DNA of 64,000 nucleotides, taken from positions 13,950,001 through 14,014,000 of the forward strand of contig NC_091481.1 of the NCBI RefSeq assembly GCF_036971445.1, in the 5' to 3' direction. Position 1 is the stretch's first letter. Each line of letters starts with the position of its first letter. The notes beneath the pieces were generated by a model, which did not search any database, was not told the origin of the DNA, and saw only the letters and a list, made by a program, of their open reading frames with translations. The DNA comes from Narcine bancroftii (lineage: Eukaryota). Below are positions 62,380 to 64,000 of this stretch, in pieces. Made by a program: the position numbers and the translations under genes.

Positions 62380-64000
62380 AAATATATTTTCATTGATCAA
62401 GACAAACAGATTTATTGAGCACAAAAATCATCCATAAAAGAATTCCAAATTTTATGAAAATTAGTGTTAGCATACACCTGATCTTTTCTAAATTAAGACA
62501 TGACATAACCACTGAGTACAAGTGGATGGAACAGGATCTTTCCATTTAAGTATGATAGCTCTCCATGTCATAAGAATTTTAAATAGTATTACATGACTAT
62601 CAGATAAAGAAAACAGCCCATTAATATCATCTAGCACTCAAAAAAGAAAGCTGTTAAAGGATTGGGTTCAAGATTAACATGTAATTTTATTGACAAAACA
62701 TTAAAAAATCTCCCTCTGATAAGGTTCAAGAACTCGATAAGACCAGACCATATGTGCAAAGGTTACTTCCCCGTCATTACATCTGTCATGTCGGGATTTA
62801 GATTGGGAAATATATGGGATAATTTGTCTTTAGACATGTATGCCTGATGTACAACCTTGAAATGAATAAGAGAATGTTGAGCACATAGTGAAGAAGTGTT
62901 AACTAATTTAAGAATCAAATCCAAATTTTTGTCTGAGATAGAAAATTGTAGTTCATGCTGCCATGCTCTTTTGATCTTATCAAGGGAAACCTGACGTGAT
63001 TTTGAAAATGTATAATATATAAAGGTTATTAAACCTTTCTGAGAGGGTTGTAATTTTAAAATTACATCCAACAGGTTAGATTCTCAAGTCATGGGAAAAT
63101 TTGGTAATTGAACCTATTAAAAAAATTCTGATCTGCAGGTATCTAAAAAAAATGTGAATTTGGTAAAGTGAACTTTACTGATAACTGTTCAAAAGACATG
63201 AGACAACTGTCAACCAACAAGTCTCAAAAACCCTGAATATCATTAACATACCAATTGACAAATGTTGAACCATATAAAGAAGGAGGAAATACATAATTAG
63301 ATGATATAAAACTTGATAAGGAAAGAACTTTGAAATCAAAAACATTCCTGAACTGAAACCAGATGTGCAAGGAATATTTTACTATAGGGCTGTATATCAT
63401 CCTGTGAACTTTAGCTGAAGAGAAAGGAAGTGCTCTCCTAAAAAGGATAGAACGGAAAACTTCTTGGCCGACCTCAGTTCCAAAGAGACCCAAACTGGGC
63501 GGTCCAATCTATTAAAATACTGAATCTAAAACAAGATAAACTATATATTGATGGCCCAGTAATAGTATCTAAAGTTTGGCAATCCCAAGCCTCCATTCCT
63601 TTCAGATCTCTGCAAGTGAAGCTTATTCAGCCGAGGTTGTTTGTTTTGCTAAATGTAGGAAGATATAATAGAGTTAAGGGAATCAAAAAATGACTTGGGG
63701 ATGAAGACTGGAATTGTATAAGAAAGGAATAAAGTTTGGGTAAAATAATCATTTTGGTAGAGTTAATATGAGCAACTAATGAAATATAGAAAGATGACCA
63801 TCTGGATTATGTCTGCTTAAATTGTTTTAATAAATTAAGAAAATTTCCCTTAAATAAATGTTTGTGGTTTTTGCTGACTATAATTCCTAAGTAAGTAAAC
63901 TGATTTTAACAACCTTAAAATGGGATGTTAGCATAGATATGCTCCATAGTATTGAGGGGGAAAAAGTTCACTCTTGTGTAAGTTGTGAAAAGTGACTGAA
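62380..64000 (-). mobile_element. L1-clade LINE ORF2 3' part, degraded
   Basis: Reverse strand reads GGLGLPNFRYYYWAI (about 63550-63595) and SLIHFKVVHQAYMSKDKLSHIFP. Confidence 0.88.

Overview
Repeat-rich vertebrate genomic DNA, most likely from a cartilaginous fish (ray or shark), judging by the mix of HE1/V-SINE-like SINEs, CR1, Rex1/Babar, RTE, L1/Tx1 and Penelope elements. The window holds the 5' part of one large + strand gene, which I reconstructed exon by exon from GT-AG sites and reading-frame phases. It looks like kielin (kcp): signal peptide exon at 12288, a thrombospondin-N/LamG domain, a coiled coil, then chordin-type VWC repeats that continue past the window end. The main surprise sits between the first VWC exon (ends 38080) and the next kielin-type VWC exon (starts 51364). 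This interval holds four open, phase-compatible exons (2607 nt, 869 codons) encoding EGF, Kunitz, G[YF][DN]xx pentapeptide arrays, a half-VWC, a tyrosinase-fold domain keeping only 2 of 6 copper histidines, and a Cys-rich module. A stop-riddled VWC pseudo-exon follows them. Intron 1 carries a near-intact full-length RTE LINE with one nonsense codon. Other items: an AP-1-motif minisatellite, a solo LTR, MITEs and two candidate minus-strand exons at the left edge. Homology calls are from memory of the families, not from database searches, and repeat boundaries are approximate.
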